Origin: Vicugna vicugna
Lineage: Eukaryota
Direction: 5' to 3'
Length of the DNA stretch: 64,000 nucleotides
NCBI GenBank assembly: GCA_013265495.1
Contig: MU058217.1
Span: 186,001-250,000, forward strand
In this document: positions 24,317 through 38,382 of the stretch, piece by piece
Numbering within the stretch: the stretch's first letter is position 1
Layout: each line of letters opens with the position of its first letter
Translations under genes and position numbers: made by a program
The notes under the pieces: model-generated
The model's database searches: none
Seen by the model: the letters and a program-made list of their open reading frames with translations, nothing else
What the model was told of the DNA's origin: nothing

Positions 24317-25197
24317 AACTGGAGAGCACTTTTGGGGGCGGTTTTCAGGACACAGGTCCTACTAGTTAAAGCAAGTGAACCATCGCTGCTGGCCAGTTCT
24401 AGTTTATCTGAAACTGCTGCAGAATCCTTGCTGCTGCTCAGGCCGGGCTAATTAGTTGTAATTGCCTCATTCCTGGGTCTGATGGGCCCCTGGCTGCCCG
24501 GATGCTCCCAGAAGCAGCTCTTACAATGAGAAAGAGGCTTTGTTTGTTGGGAGAGGTGATGTGTAAGAGGTTGCTACAGGATTTAGGCTTTCCTTTTCAT
24601 CTTTGCTGGTCCTGGGGCAAAGGAAAGGTTTGTTTCAAGGATCTGGATGGAAATTCGCTTTTGCAAGTGTTGCTGTGGGGCTCAGAACAAGTGGGCCCGT
24701 GCCCTAGGGCACAAAACCAGAGTTGATCGTGGTGCCACAAAGCAGGCATCCTCTTTGGCCCCCCGGGTAGAACACGCAGGCCTACACTGCTCAGACTTGG
24801 CCTCTCTTCTCTTGCCTGGATGACTGCCTAAAAGCAGTGGCTGTTCCTTTAATCCCTCAGTGATGTCCCTTCTCCACAATGATGCCACAGTGATTTTTCT
24901 AGCCAGTCTCATCACGGAGTGCTCCTGTTTAAGACTTTTCTTAGGTTTTGTGTTACCTTAGGATGTAAGACGACTTAGCTTTGCATATAAGGCTTTTTGT
25001 GACGTAGCCTCTGCCTCTGTCCCCAGCGTTGTTTTAGCCATTTCTCCATATGCATAATACCGTCACATCCAGGTGGGACCACTCAATTCTGGGATGTACC
25101 TTGGCTTTCCTGGGTGTGTCCTTGGCACGTCCTGCTTTCTTCTCCCTGACGTGACCTTCCTCCCCATCCTTTCTTTACTCCCATCCTGTTTGCTTTT

Positions 25198-26030
25198 GAT
25201 TTTAACAGCTCTACTGAGGTATAATTCACATACCATTGTAAGTGTGTGGTTCAATGATTTTTTTTCCCCAGCATGTTCATAGGGTGGTGCATTCGTTACC
25301 AGGATCAATCTTAGAACATTGTCATCGCCCCATCTCTGTTAGCAGTCACTCCTTGTTTCCCCACCAAACTCCAACTTCACACGACCACTAATCCACTGCC
25401 TGTTTGTAGCTTTGCCTCTTCTGAACATTGCATACAAATGGAAGTCATAGAATTGGTGGCCTTTTGTGTTTGGCTTTTATTTCACATACTATTTTCAGAG
25501 TCCCTGCATGTTGTAGCATAAATAAGTACTTCGTTCTTTTTTATGGCTGAATAGTATTCCATTGTACTGGTATACCATATTTCATTTATCCATCCATCAG
25601 TTGTTGGACATTTGGGTTTTTCCTTTTTGACCATTAGGAATATTGCTCGTATGAACCTTTGTGTACAAGTTTTTGTGTGGATAGGTTTTCACTTCTCTTG
25701 GGTATATAGTTAGGAGTGGCAAGGCTGGGTCCTATGGTAACTCTATGTTTAACATTTTGAGGGACTGCCAGACTTTTGCAAGGTGGTGACAGCATTTTAC
25801 AATCCCAAGGGCAGTGTATGAGAGTTCCAATTTATCTGTCTCCTCACTAGCACTTATTATCTGTCTTTGTAATTTTAGCCATGGTCATGGATACGAAGGG
25901 ATATCTTACTGTGGTTTTGATGTGCGTTTATCTGAGGACTGAGAATGATGAGTGTCTTTTCATGCGCTAATTGGCAGTTTGTATATCTTCTTCGGGAAAA
26001 TGTCTATTCAGATTCTTTGTCCATTTTTGA
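25198..26030 (-). mobile_element. Old L1 (L1MB/MC-like) 3' region, antisense
   Basis: ctgaggtataattcacatacc...tttttatggctgaatagtattccattgt...gggaaaatgtctattcagattctttgtccatttt. Confidence 0.85.
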
Positions 26031-26049
26031 CTGCATGCTTCGTGCTTTT

Positions 26050-26165
26050 TTTTTTGAAGGGGGAGGGAATTAGGTTTATTTATTTTTTAAATGGCGGTAC
26101 TGGGGATTGAACCCAGGACTTTGTGCATGCTAGGCATACAGTCTACCACTGAGCTATGCCCTCCC
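26050..26165 (-). mobile_element. Camelid tRNA-Ala SINE, long form
   Basis: ggtactggggattgaacccaggac...ctaccactgagctatgccctccc; degenerate TSD ctgcatgcttcgtgctttt / ctgcattattcatgctttt. Confidence 0.88.
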
Positions 26166-26844
26166 TGCCCCTGCATTATTCATGCTTTTTGCTGTGATCT
26201 CTTTTCTTTTTCTTTTCCTTTTTAGCCAGATGAACTTGTTCTCACTTCTTAGCTTTGGGTGTTAATCTCCTGGGAAGACTTCGCTGACACAGCTCCCCTG
26301 CATTCTTCCAGACGTCTTAGCACTCACCCCACGGTGTTGGAACAGACGTTGCCTCCACTGCACTGTCAACATTTCGAGGTCGAGGGTTGGGTCTCTGATC
26401 TTTATAGACTCAGCGTGCAGCGCACAACCAGGAGTAGGCGGACGGTACTTAGTTCAGTCATTTTGACCATGGCGCCGCCGAATACATGATTCTGGGTTTG
26501 CCACCCATGATAGCTATTTGGTTTCAAAGGGGACAAACAATAATAAAAGACTTCGCAGAGTGATACACTTACAGAATCTCTACTCCCCACCCAGGCATCT
26601 TGAACGTGTGGACTGTGTATCCAGGATAGATGGGGACGAGAGTGTGCAGGACTCAGGGCAGAACATCCCCCTGTGGGAGCAAATAGCTTGGGTTACATGA
26701 GGTAGGATTGTCACCTCGTCCAGAAGTTGCAGCACACCATGATATCCTGCTGGATGAAGAAACGGGCAGAGGAATTTGACCTCCCTGGGGACTGTTTGAT
26801 TGCTGGGTCATCTTGGAATGCTAGAGTAGGTCTGTAGATAGTCT

Positions 26845-27000
26845 AGTGTAATGCTGTTTCCAGCTGATCTGACCTGGGTTTGGATGCTGTCTGGGTGAGA
26901 CTTTAGGGCATGTTGCTTATCTGACTTTGGACCTCAGTTTCCATATCTTTAAAATGGGGATAATGAGGCACGTATCAGAGGATGATTGTGAGAGTTAGAA
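26845..27000 (+). mobile_element. MIR SINE
   Basis: gacctcagtttccatatctttaaaatggggataat...gattgtgagagtta. Confidence 0.6.
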
Positions 27001-30000
27001 CTGTCTACTTTGTTGTTAATGCTCTGCTGAGAGCCTGGGGCCAGGGCCTGGAGGTGCTGGTGGCCACCCATCACTCAGGGTTCTGGTCACTATTTTCTTA
27101 ACTCCAGACCCCTGGGTCATCAATTCTGGTGGAGACCTTGTCTTTCTGGCTCTTGTCAGCTCAGCTCAGTTTCCATCTTGGTTCTTCCAAGTAAGACCCT
27201 TCCGTCAGGTTTTGAATCATCATTGAAGATGGGTTTGAAAGTCACGGCCCTTCTGTGGATGGACCCTCCGCTTTGCCATGGCATCTTTAGACCACCAACT
27301 TCAACCAGAAATTCCCTTTTTGAAATATCACAGTTATCTGAATCTCCTCCCGCCTGGACCCTCCCTGACTGGGCTAAACCTCCCTGGGTGTATGAGCGAG
27401 ATTAGAATCTTAGCTGCAGGTCAGTAATTAAGGGGAATTTTATCTCAGAGCCTGGGGCAGATAAACCTGCCTGGAAATGCAGATTTTTCTGCAGCAGGTT
27501 GCATCCAGAGGCCCTGGGTGCGGTCCTGCTCGGAGTGAGGGGTCGCAGGACCTGGGGGTATTTTCAAGTTGGTGTGTGTGTGGCGTGGTGAAACAGCCCT
27601 TGATTCCTTCTTTCAGTCAGCCAGCTGCTGGATTTCTGAGCACTACTGTTGTAGGTTTTTAGGGGGCGAGAGGGTAGCCCAATAGTGGGAACCTCTGCCT
27701 GTGTCCCAGGTCCCCTCTGCCCAGGCCTTCAGGGTGGCACTGGTGAGGCTTCTGCTCATCCTTGGCTCCCCTCTCATCCGCCCATTAACCGGGGCACAGA
27801 AGAGAGAAGTCTCTCTGGGCTCACTGCAGCCCACCCAGATGAGAGGGCAGGGAGGGTCTTCCTGCTTCCGACTCCTGCTTTGGGAAGAGGAGGCAGTGTG
27901 GCCTTCAGGAAATAAAATCTATGGGTGCAGATCTTTGAAAGGTCTCTGCTTGCATCCTGACCAGGTGACTGATGCACACTGATTGGGAATTTGGGATCAG
28001 AGCGACAGCGAGCTGGGGTTTGCAGGGGTCTGTGCGGACAGCAGTGGTCCATGACCTGATCTACGTGTGCCCTTAAGGGGCCCTGGGGTGGCTGTGGCCG
28101 CAGAGATCCTGGTCGTGTTTAGAATTTCAGGTGGACTTCCTCTGCCTCACCCCAGAGAAAATAGGATGAAGGTGTAGCCAGGCCTCTTGCTCATCTGTGC
28201 TGAACCCTCTGCGTGGAGCCATTCTGTGTGCATCTGGCTGGTGGGGAGCCCCTTCAGCGGGGGAGATGTTGGGAACAGCTTGGCCAAAGCGTTACCGGGT
28301 ACTCCGGGGGACTGTGGAGCCAGCCTTGGCCTGAGCCCTGGGCCCTTTGCTCCTGACTGTGCCCCCGGCCCAAGACAACAGCTATGCTGCTGCGTGAGTG
28401 GGAGGCAGAGCCAGCCTGAAGTCTGCGCGTCTCCCAGACCTGGGGTTGCCTGGGCTGGCTTCTGGAGGCCGGACGCAAGCGCTTCTGTTCTGGCCACACA
28501 CACTCCTAGTGGACTGTGGGCTGGCCCTTGATCACTCCTGTTGAGAGTGGCTCCGGGAGACTCCTCCAGGAAACCTAGGGCCCTGGGGAACACGGTTTGG
28601 AAAGCCCAGTATCCAGTGCTGCTTGGGGGAGGGGTTGTGAAGTCTTGGGGAAATGATTGCTTGGAGAAGCAGCAGAAGGTGTAAATTGTGCTTCACTGGA
28701 AATCATCAAGACTAAATATATATATATATATATTTAGCTGTAGCTGCGAGTCTCTTGCAAACGAGGACCAATGTGAGATGCAGGCAAGTTGGAAAGGGTT
28801 ACAGCGCAGACCTGCCGCTGGCGTGATTGATGGTCACGGACTCACCTGCACTTGGCTTTGTGCGGGAGGAGGAGGAGCAAGAGTTGTTCCTGGAGGGCTG
28901 GACCCCACGTGGGAAGGCTGGAGGGAGGCGGTTTGAAGGTGACTGACATCCCCCTCCACCTCGCCAGAAGTGGACAAGTTTTCCATTAATCTGCTTCTTA
29001 GTAAATATTCCTTGTTTCCACTCAGCCAGGAACCCCAGGCTTAGAGGTACTGTCCCTCTCCCACCGGCCTCATGTGGCCATCCATGGTGTCCTCTTAAAA
29101 CCTGGGTCCAACAGAGGCATCTCCCCTGGCTCCTATTGCCCCGTGTCAAGGTGCTCCCTGTCGGGGCGAACACGGTCCTTCCCAGAGCGCACCTGGCCAC
29201 CTCCCCTGCCCTCCCTGGCCCACACCTGGTGCCTGGTACACTGTGGTGCCTTTGCACAGCTGCCTTTCTGTCTGGGGTCCCTTCCCCCTTCTGCCTGCCT
29301 GGGGAGTGAGCACCCTCCCTCAGATCCAGCCTGAGTGTGGCCTTTGATCTCTCCCCAGGCCTCCCACTGTGATGACACTTAACCTTGTGGGACTGCAGTG
29401 ACTTGTTTATACAACTCTTTCCCCTCCTGCACTCTGAGCTCCTCCAGGGCAGGAAAACTGCCCAGCTTGGCACAGTGTTTGGCATCCCTGACGTCTGGCT
29501 TGGTAACTGTGGGATAGCCAGCTGGATGGATGGATGAACCAAAGAGGATGGAGAGAGAGCTTGTCTTAGAGAATTGGGCACATCTTGCTCTGAATTCGGC
29601 TCATGGCTGAATCCACCTTTCTCTGAAAAGATGTGAATGGCCTTGGGGTGAGGCTTGGGGTCATGGAAGGCCCTAGTTAGAAGGGGATGGGTAGCCAGGT
29701 CAGCTTGGAGCTGAACATCAAAGTAAGGCCACTGGGGCCTGGGGAACAAAGCTGTTTGGGCTACAGAACAGGACACCCCAGAGTAGCAGGGGACAGTTGA
29801 GCAGGTATCACATGGGCCGGTCCCCCGACCTGCTTCTTAGCCATGTTGCTGCAGGGACGGGTGAGTGAGCCCAGGGCTCTGTGGACAACGGTCAGAAGCC
29901 GTGGGTTCTGATTGGAGGACCTTCTACCCCACACACCTTTTGACTTTTTGACTTTGCAAAAGTCATTTAAAAGTCTCTGACCTTCAGTTTCTTCATGTGC

Positions 30001-30585
30001 AAAGGGGAGGTGACCCCCATTCTGCTGCCTCTTGAGTTGGAAGGATTTTCAAGGTGACGGTGGATGCGAACTTGCTTTAAATCTCAGGGTGAGCTGATAA
30101 GCGCAAGGCCTGTGACCAGAGGCTGTGCAGGAAGCAGGGGAGGGTGTGGTGCTCGTGGACCCTGCTGTTCTGACTCTCCCTGGTGGCCTTGTCCCAACCG
30201 TTCAGCCCTCTGTGGTGGTCCTTTCTGCCCTGGACCCTTGGAACGTGCTTGTGAAGTGGCCACCTTGTCCACTGCTTGGGTGATTAAAAAAGCTGTTGAT
30301 ATTCTTGTCCCAAATGTGCTTTAAGCATTTGGAGTGAGAGCTCCGTCAGCCCCATCACCTCCCTTTTCCTTCTCCGCAGCCTTGAACTGGGCCCCTCCGA
30401 GGCATGAGTCATGTTCTAGGCCCCGTGGATGCAGCCGAAAATGAGGCTGCCAGAATGAGACTCACTGGTCCCTGTGGTCAGAGGGCTCGTAGTCCATGGG
30501 GGACTGGGAGGGTGGCCAGGGAGAGAAGCCCTGTGCAGCAAGGGGCCCTAGGTGGTGGTCTGGGGCCATGGGAGCACTTGGGACC

Positions 30586-30881
30586 TGTTAGGGGCTGCGT
30601 TGTGTCCCCCACCCCAATTTATATGTTGAAGTCCTAACCTGCAGTATCTCAGAAGATGACTTTATTTGGAGGTAGGGTCCTGTAAGATGTAAGTAAGTTA
30701 AATGGTGTCATTAGAGTGTCTTTATAAGAAGAGTTAGGACACAAATACACACAGGAAGACACATGAAGACAGGGGAGAAGACGGCTGTCTACAAGTCAAG
30801 GAGAGGCCGACCCTGCCGACACCTTGATCTGGGACCTCCAGCCCCCAGAGCTGCCCTTGGCCCTCGGTGCTTTGTTCAGGC
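30586..30881 (+). mobile_element. MaLR LTR, MLT1B-like
   Basis: ttgtgtccccc...ttatatgttgaagtcctaacc...ttatttggaggtagggtc...ccctgccgacaccttgatctgggacctccagcccccagagctg. Confidence 0.75.
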
Positions 30882-31904
30882 TTCCTGAGCCGGCTCCTGT
30901 AGGTCCCTTAACCTGGATTTGGGTGAAGGACTTATTTGTATAGTTCTGCACGGGATCGAAACCTTGGTTGTCCTGTTTTTCTCTCTCCCTCATGACCACG
31001 TGACATGCTCACATTCCCCCACTAGAACGTGAGCCCACGAGGGCAGGGCTGTGTCTGGTTTGCTTACTGCAGGCTCCCCAGGACCCGGCACAGGTGAGGG
31101 CCCACGCTGGCACTGGGATGCGTCTTTTGGATTAATTCTGTCTGAAGCAACGGCCTGAAGTCAGATTCCTCACTCTGGGCCTAAATCCAAAATTTTTAAT
31201 TAAAATAGCTAGTTTTCCCACCTCCAGGTCTCTGCTTGGAGCTCACCCTGTGAGGTGGCTTCCTGCTCTGTCACCAGACTGTGTCCCTTATCTTTCTAAT
31301 CTCCACTCAGGCACCAAATGTGATTAAAATGTGTTAAAAATCAGAGAAGAAAGGTTCATTGATTAGTTTTTCTTACACTTGGTGGGCTCAGCCACAGGTT
31401 ATATTTAACTGGATCATACCAGCCAATGGGTTTGTCACCTTTGTGAGGGTTAACTCAGTGAGGTCAGGGGTTGGATCACTGCAGCGTCCCTGACGCTGAT
31501 GACAGTGGCTGGCCCAGAGTTGGGGACTGGATCATGTTCGGGGAATGAACAATTCCATCAATATAAAGAGTAGATAAGTCAATGCTGAGCCTTTCGCGGT
31601 GGGATCAGCTGGACTTTGTGCGGGGAGGCCAGCCCCGTGCCTCAAAGCTCCTCTCCCTGTGCTCGCTGCTCCGTTTTCCTCCCCAGGCTGCTGCTGGGGG
31701 TTCTGTGTCTGCAGCCCCTGATTCAGGCATCCTGTTACCTGCTCAGTGTAAGAGGAGAGGCTCCTTTTACAGGGCAGAGTTCCCCTGGTCTGACACGTGG
31801 AGAAGGTCCCTGACTTTGAGAAATTCGTGACCTGCCCGAGAATTTCTGACTACTTCCTGTTCCTCCTACTCTGCATCCAGTTTTCTTTTCATTTCCACCC
31901 CCCC

Positions 31905-32525
31905 CTTTTAAAAAAATTGGGGTGAACTCACATACCACATCAAAATGTACCATTTGAAAGTAAACAGTTCGGGGGGCGGAGGGTGTAGCTCAGGGCTAGA
32001 GCGCATGCTTAGCATGCACGAGGTCCTGGGTCCAATCCCCAGCACCTCCATTAAACAAGTAAATAAATAAATAAACCTAATTACCCCCCTCAATAAAATA
32101 AAATAAAAAGTTCAGTGACAGTTAATACATCTACAGTATTGTACATGTAAATTATCACTGCTATCTATCCCATTCCTGAACATTTTCATCACCCCCAAAA
32201 GAAACCCCGTACCCGTTGAGCAGTCATTTCCCACCCTCTCTCCACCCCACCAGCCCCTGTCAACCACTAATCTATTTTCTGTTTTTGAATTTGCCTGTTC
32301 TGGGCATTTCATGTCGATGGAATCAAATATGTGGCCTTTTGCGTCTGGTTTCTTTCACTTAGCATGATGTCTTTGTGGTTCACCCACATTGTAGCACAGG
32401 TCAGGACCTCATTCCTTTTCAGGGCTGAATAATATTACATCATATGGATTCACCACCTTTGCTTATCCAGTCATCAGTTGATGGACAAGTGCGTTGTTTC
32501 CACATCTTGGCCATTGTGACTAGCA
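31905..32525 (-). mobile_element. Old L1 3' end (antisense) interrupted by a SINE at 31971-32105
   Basis: aacattttcatcacccccaaaagaaacccc...aaccactaatcta...gcctgttctgggcatttcat...cagttgatggaca. Confidence 0.85.
31971..32105 (+). mobile_element. Camelid tRNA-Ala SINE, long form
   Basis: gggtgtagctcagggctagagcgcatgcttagcatgcacgaggtcctgggtccaatccccagcacctcca plus (taaa)n and aacctaattaccccc; TSD aaagtaaacagttc / aaaataaaaagttc. Confidence 0.9.
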
Positions 32526-34469
32526 CCATTCACTTGTTTTTCTGTCTCCAGTTCTGCTTCCAAATGCTCTTTAGCCCATCTAGGCTGCATGGGTTACTGG
32601 TGGAGGACAAAGCACTTGGGAGATGAGAAGGTAGGTTCATGGTCCTAGCTCTCGCTCCAGCTCTGAGATCCTGTCAAGCCTCAGTTTGCTCATTGCTGAA
32701 ATGGGTATAAAATCTCTGCCTTCGTTACTCAGCCTCACAGAATGTTGTTTGAGGCACAAATCGTTACAATGTGAGTTGAATTCTTTTCTGAGCTGGAAAA
32801 TCCAATGTCAAATGCGAGTTACTGATGTTCCTCATTTTCCCTTTGATTTTCTCACTTTCTTTTTTCTCTGTTTCCTCTTTTCTCCTTTTTGCTAAAAGCT
32901 TCATTTGAATTCCCTTTTCCTTTCCTCTTTCTTCCTCTGGCCCAGGGACATAGTAGGTAGTCTTCCATCCAGTGCCTCACTGGAGATGCCCACAGTGATG
33001 GGGTGGCATCCAGGCATCGCTGGGAGGGCTGGGAGGGGCGGCAGAGGCAGGTGGTTGGCAGCGTTGCCTGGATGATGGGGGAGAAGTCAGTCACGGCCGG
33101 ACCTAAGTGGGGAAAACGTGGGTTGAAACGGCCCCGCCATTCCCTTGGGCTTGGCTTTAGAGACTTCATTTACAGGCAGTTTCGAGACCTTTTGCAGTCC
33201 AGAAAGTAACCAGATTGATGGATAATTAGGCAGATATTAGAATCCAAATAAGTAGACCCAAAGGACACTTGGAGGAAAACGGCAGATGGAGAGGTGTGTG
33301 CTTTCTTTGGTGTGTTGCTTTGCAAATGCTTCATCTTCTGTCATCCCATGTGTGTTGTTTTCCCAGTTTCAACTTCTTGGAGGCAAGGCGATGGCTGTCT
33401 TTTATTTCTCCCCCTCGTGCTTGCTTGTGGCATCCCTCATAGGTTCTGAACCTTAGTGGTGTTGAATATAAGTGATAAGAACTTTGCTTGTTTATGCCTG
33501 TAGTGGTTGCAGAGGGCTTCCATGTGCGATTTCTTGTTTATCTTCCTAACAGCCTGGCAAAGTGGAGTCTGTCCCTCAACTAAACAAACTTAAGGCTCAG
33601 AGAGGTTAAGGAACTTGCTCTGGACACACAGCAGCACTTACTTAGGGAGATGGGAAATGAATCCTTGTGGAGCTGGACCCCATTCATCTTGGAGATCTTT
33701 TTTTTTTTTCTGTAGAAGTTGCAGGTGGCCTGCCCTGTTACTCAACCCATAGAGATTCCTCTTTTCTCAATAAACTTCAGAGAAGCCTCAAGGAAAGCCA
33801 GTGTCCTGCTATCTTGCTGTGTTCCTCATTTGCTACCAGCGAGTCTCATTTAAGGAACTGTTATCATTCGTGGTAACAGGCATGGAGCCAGCTCTGAATG
33901 ATGTTGCTGCTTGGAACCGGGTTCCGGGTTCACTTCTGGAGCTCTGCATTGGACGAAGTCACCGAGAAGTCTGGCTTCAACTGGGTCTTGCAGAGGGAGG
34001 GGGATGTTGGAGTGAGGGAGCCGAGGGAAAACGTGCCTGGAGGAAATTGGGTCAAGATGTTTGGTTTTAACACCTCTGGTTTTCTTCCAAATCAGAGAAG
34101 GAAAAGATTCTGACTTAAGGGATGATGGAAGTTTTAGGGTTTTCCATGAATGGGGCTCAGAGCTTGATGGAACCTAGATTTTTTGTGGCTTGGGTAAAGC
34201 TGTGGAGAGAAAAACAGTGCCTGGTGGTTAGGAGGGGCTCCGCCCTGGGCAGGTTGCTGAGCTTAGAAAACATGGACCAGTGATGTTTGCTGGCTCAGCC
34301 ACAGGAAGTGCCCACTGGCCTTTGAGTTGTTCAGGGACCTGTGTGTATGTGTTGGCAGGGAGGTGGTATTTTTTAAGCTTAGAGACCTTCCCTGAGGTGA
34401 CCAAACTGCTGGGTATAATACAAGGGCACTGCCTTCACACTGGAACCCTTTGGCACATGAACAAGATAA

Positions 34470-35520
34470 GGAATTCATTCACTGAGTGAAAGCTGGGCGC
34501 CTACAGTATACAGGGCACCACCTTGAAGCTGGAGATACGGGAGTAAACCAGGTAACAGAGTTTACCTTCTAGTTGACGGCAGCAGACAGTAAAGAAAACT
34601 AAACTGTGTATTGATTAAGAAGATTTGTCATCTTAAATGGGATGAGTAGGGAAGGTCTTATTAGGAAAGGACATTTGAGCAAAGGCCCCTGGAAGAGGGA
34701 GCAAGAGTGTGGATTTCTGGTAGGAGAGCATTCCAGCCAGAGGCAGAGGGGACAGCCAGTGCAAAGGCCCTGTGGCCTGCACATACTTGGAGTTGAGGAA
34801 CAGCTGTGTGGCTGTGGGTGGGGAATATTAGAGATGGGGTCAGGGAAGTGGGAGAGGCCCAGGGCAGGAGGAGCTTCGAGATCCTAACTTTTACTTCGTG
34901 TTCCTGGGGGAGACGTTTGAGCAGAGGATTGATGTAACTTGATCTATTTATAAGGATTGCTCTCCTGCTTTGTTAAGAATGGATGTGGGGGATGCAGGTG
35001 CAGTGGGGGGCAAGGATGAAAGGAAGGAGGTGAGTAGAGAGATTATTGCAGTAACACAAGCGAGAGATGATGCTGGCTTGGACCAGGGCAGTAGATATTG
35101 ATGTGGTTGAAACAGTTGGATTTTGGCTGTGTTTTGCAGGTAAAACCAATGGGATCTGGTGAGGGATTGGATGTATAAAGTTTGAGAGAGAGCTTGAAGA
35201 TTGTTCCAAGGTTTTTGGCTTAAGCAACTGAAAGGAAGGAGCTGGTATTAAATGAGAAGGTGAGGATTGGAAGACGTGGGTTTTGGGAGAGTATCAAGAG
35301 TTTGCTTTGGCATGTTACGTTTCAGATTCTTATATATATTCCAGCAGTGATACTGGGTAGGCATTTAGAAAGATGATGCTTGAGTTCAAGGGAGAGGTTG
35401 GCTGTGGTTATGATTTTGAAGTCATTCTTGTGTGGATGGTCTGTACTGGATGAGAGCACCCAAGGAGTATGGTGGGCGGAGAAGAGGGCTAGGGATGGGG
35501 CCCAGAGGCACCCCAAAGGG
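34470..35520 (-). mobile_element. LINE-2 fragment
   Basis: gggaaggtctt...ggacatttgagcaaag...cagtgcaaaggccctg...gagagatgatgctggcttggaccaggg...tccaaggtttttggcttaagcaactg. Confidence 0.8.
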
Positions 35521-37811
35521 GGCGAGGGGAATACCAGCCGCAAAGGAGAAGATTCAGCCACGGGGGTGGTGGGAGGGGAATCAGGAGACCAGAGCAATCT
35601 CACTCTGAGACGGCAGCTCAGGGTCACTGGGACACCGAGGCTCCTCAGGGTTAGACAGCATTCAGGGGTCCTAAGCACACCCCAGACAGTTTCTGAGATA
35701 AGACTTGCAGTTTACAGGATGACTAAAATTTTCTTCTTCTTCTTTTTTTTTTTTTGCACCCTTTCAGCACAAACACAGACGTCTTAGCATGGCTCAAATC
35801 ATGTTTGCAGTTTGCTAATCCCCTGCCCCATCCCCCGGCCTCCCTGGCAGCCCCATCCACAAATAGTTTGGGAAGGAGCATAGCCTCCCTGTTCACGTGG
35901 TGCCGAGGGCAGAATTTTTAAAATGATTAATTGTTAATCACACAAATAACATGTGAATTCAACCACACACCCACAGTGGAGAGGAGGGAGTTGGTTCTTG
36001 CGTATCCTAGGTCTGACCCGTAATTGACCCACAAACAGACCAGCAAGTAGGACTGAAGTATTAAAACTTCCTGATGGTGGGGGAGTGATGACGGAAGACG
36101 TCTTCAAAGGCCCCTCAGAGAGGGTGATCGTGAATAGGAAGGTGAGAAACTGAATTAGACCAAAGCCTCCTTGGATGACCTCCCAAGCCCGTTGTGGACA
36201 TATATCTTGACGATTAGTGGGTTTAGTTCTTCTTTTAAATAAATTATAAGAGTGTGTGTTATTTTTTGACTTCTTTTTCGTGGCCGCTCAACAATCCAGC
36301 TTGGAGGTATTGTCTTGTTAGCACAGATACGTCGTGGTTGTTTATAAAAGCCATGTGATGTTCTGCAGCATGGATGTGGCGTAGTTCATTTTTTATCTTG
36401 TGTTAATAGATGCTTAGGGTGTTTCTTAGTTTTTCTTCCCTTCTCTCCCCACCCTTTTTTGCTATTAAAAATACCACTGCAGTGTTCATTTTTGCACATG
36501 CGCTCAGGCTTGATGGGTAACATGAAAAAGAGGACTTCCTAGGTGGTGGGGCTGAAGTCTTAGGGGTGGGGGACAGAGAAGGGAAGGTTGAGCACCCTGC
36601 TGGCGTCAGGCTCCGTGACAGGCCCTTGGAGCATGTTGTGTCCTTAAATCTCTCCAACAGCCCCAGAAGGCAGATTTTTTTTTCATGCCCTGCTCTAGAT
36701 GTGCAAAAACTGACATGTAGAAAAGTGAGACATCTTGTCCATGGTCACGCAGCAGGCTGTGGAAGAGGGGAGACCTGGGGCGGAGTCCCTGCCCACTGTG
36801 ATGGGGCGGCAGGTGAGGAGGACTCTGGGGGTCCTTCCGGTCTGGGATGGGCCACCTGGGGGGCTGCCCAGGACAGAGCTCATGGGAGGCTGGGTCTTGC
36901 CTTGATCAAGATGCTAGTCTTTTTTTAATTCAGTCAAGGGTTCCTTACTTTTCAAATATTAGAGGGCTTGAAGCTGTTTTTATTACCTGGTGCTTTCACT
37001 GACTAAGCAGAGTAAGAAACATTTTTTTCTTAAAAAAAATATTAGTTCACCATATATAAAAGGCCACAAAATATACACAACAGAATCCCAAATTTGTGTG
37101 AAAAAGATGAGTATGTATAAAATAAAGGCTGGAAGAAGATTCATCACAATGCTAATGAAAGTTACTGCCGGGTGAAGGGTTTATGGGAATATGTAGTTGC
37201 TTTCTGGGGCTTTTTCCCATTAGCCCTTTTCCTCAGTTTCTTACAGATAACACGTATAAATATTGTCGTTGGAGAAACACAAACATTTTTAAAAAGAGAA
37301 ACATGAGTATTTCATTAAAAAGTAAAAGGAAGCTGTGTGGAAGAGATATCCACACCCCCATGTTCATTGCAGCGTTATTTCCAATAACCAAGACATGGAA
37401 ACAACCTCAGTTGGATGAATGGATAAAAGAGATGATACACACAGAGATTTCACCCCGGGTGGGGGCCACAGTAGGAGGAGCTGGAACTGGGGGGCTCTGT
37501 GCGGGAGGGGTCAATGTGACATAAAGATGCAAGCAGAAGACTCTTTGGTCGTATTTACGTTGGGGGTGGACTTCTATTTGAAGATGTCCAGGGGAAGGGG
37601 AAGGTTTAACTTTAAAGGCACTCTTGGCAAAAACCCAGCTGGGGGACAAAGCTTACTGACATAGTGAGCAGTCTATAGAATTTGATGGCAGAAGGCGTTG
37701 CTAAGTAAAAGGAGACTGTGGAGACCAATGAGGGCACCATGCTGGTGGCCCAAGAACTCTTCAGCTAGGTGGAAACAGTGTTTTCCTCTCTAATGCATTA
37801 AAAAAAAAAAA

Positions 37812-37945
37812 GTGTTGTTGCTGTTGTCGAGGGGAGGCAATTAGGTTTATTTAGTTAGTTAGTTTTGGATGAGGTACTTGGGACTGAACCCAGGACCTCC
37901 TGCGTGCTAAGCACGTGCTCTACCGCTTGAGCTATACCCTCCCCC
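37812..37945 (-). mobile_element. Camelid tRNA-Ala SINE, long form
   Basis: ggggaggcaattaggttt...tgaacccaggacctcctgcgtgctaagcacgtgctctaccgcttgagctataccctccccc; TSD ctctaatgcatt / ttctagtgcatt. Confidence 0.88.
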
Positions 37946-38064
37946 TTCTAGTGCATTTTTAATGCATTTTTTATACCTGGATATTTTTATTTCTTTAAAC
38001 CTTGTTCTCTTATTCCTATGTAAAATATTTTTTCCTTGTCTGTTTTTATTATCCATTAAAAATA

Positions 38065-38362
38065 CGGTAATATACACATAATTTGATCATTTTCACCTTT
38101 TTTTAAAGGGTACAGTTCAGTGGCATTAGGTGCATTTACTTGGTTGTGTTGCCGTCATCACCAGCCAGCTCTAGAACTTACTCATCTTGCAAAAACTGAA
38201 ACTCTGCACCTGTTACACAATGCCTCTCCACCCCCGCCTCTAGCCTCTGGCAACCACCCTTCTACTTTCTGTTTCTATGGATTTGATGACTCTACGTACC
38301 TCATATAAGGGGAACCATATACTGTTTGTCTTTTTGTGATGGGCTTATTTCACTTAGGCAAT
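38065..38362 (-). mobile_element. L1MB-like 3' end, antisense
   Basis: tacagttcagtggcattagg...aaaactgaaactctg...ggcaaccacccttctactttctgtttctatg...cttatttcacttag. Confidence 0.8.
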
Positions 38363-38382
38363 ATTTTTAATAGGCAAATAAT

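Noticed and set aside
28799..29776. 325-aa minus-strand ORF, the longest in the window
   Set aside because: Non-ATG start, no domain similarity I recognise, GC-rich intronic sequence antisense to GAS7; consistent with chance.
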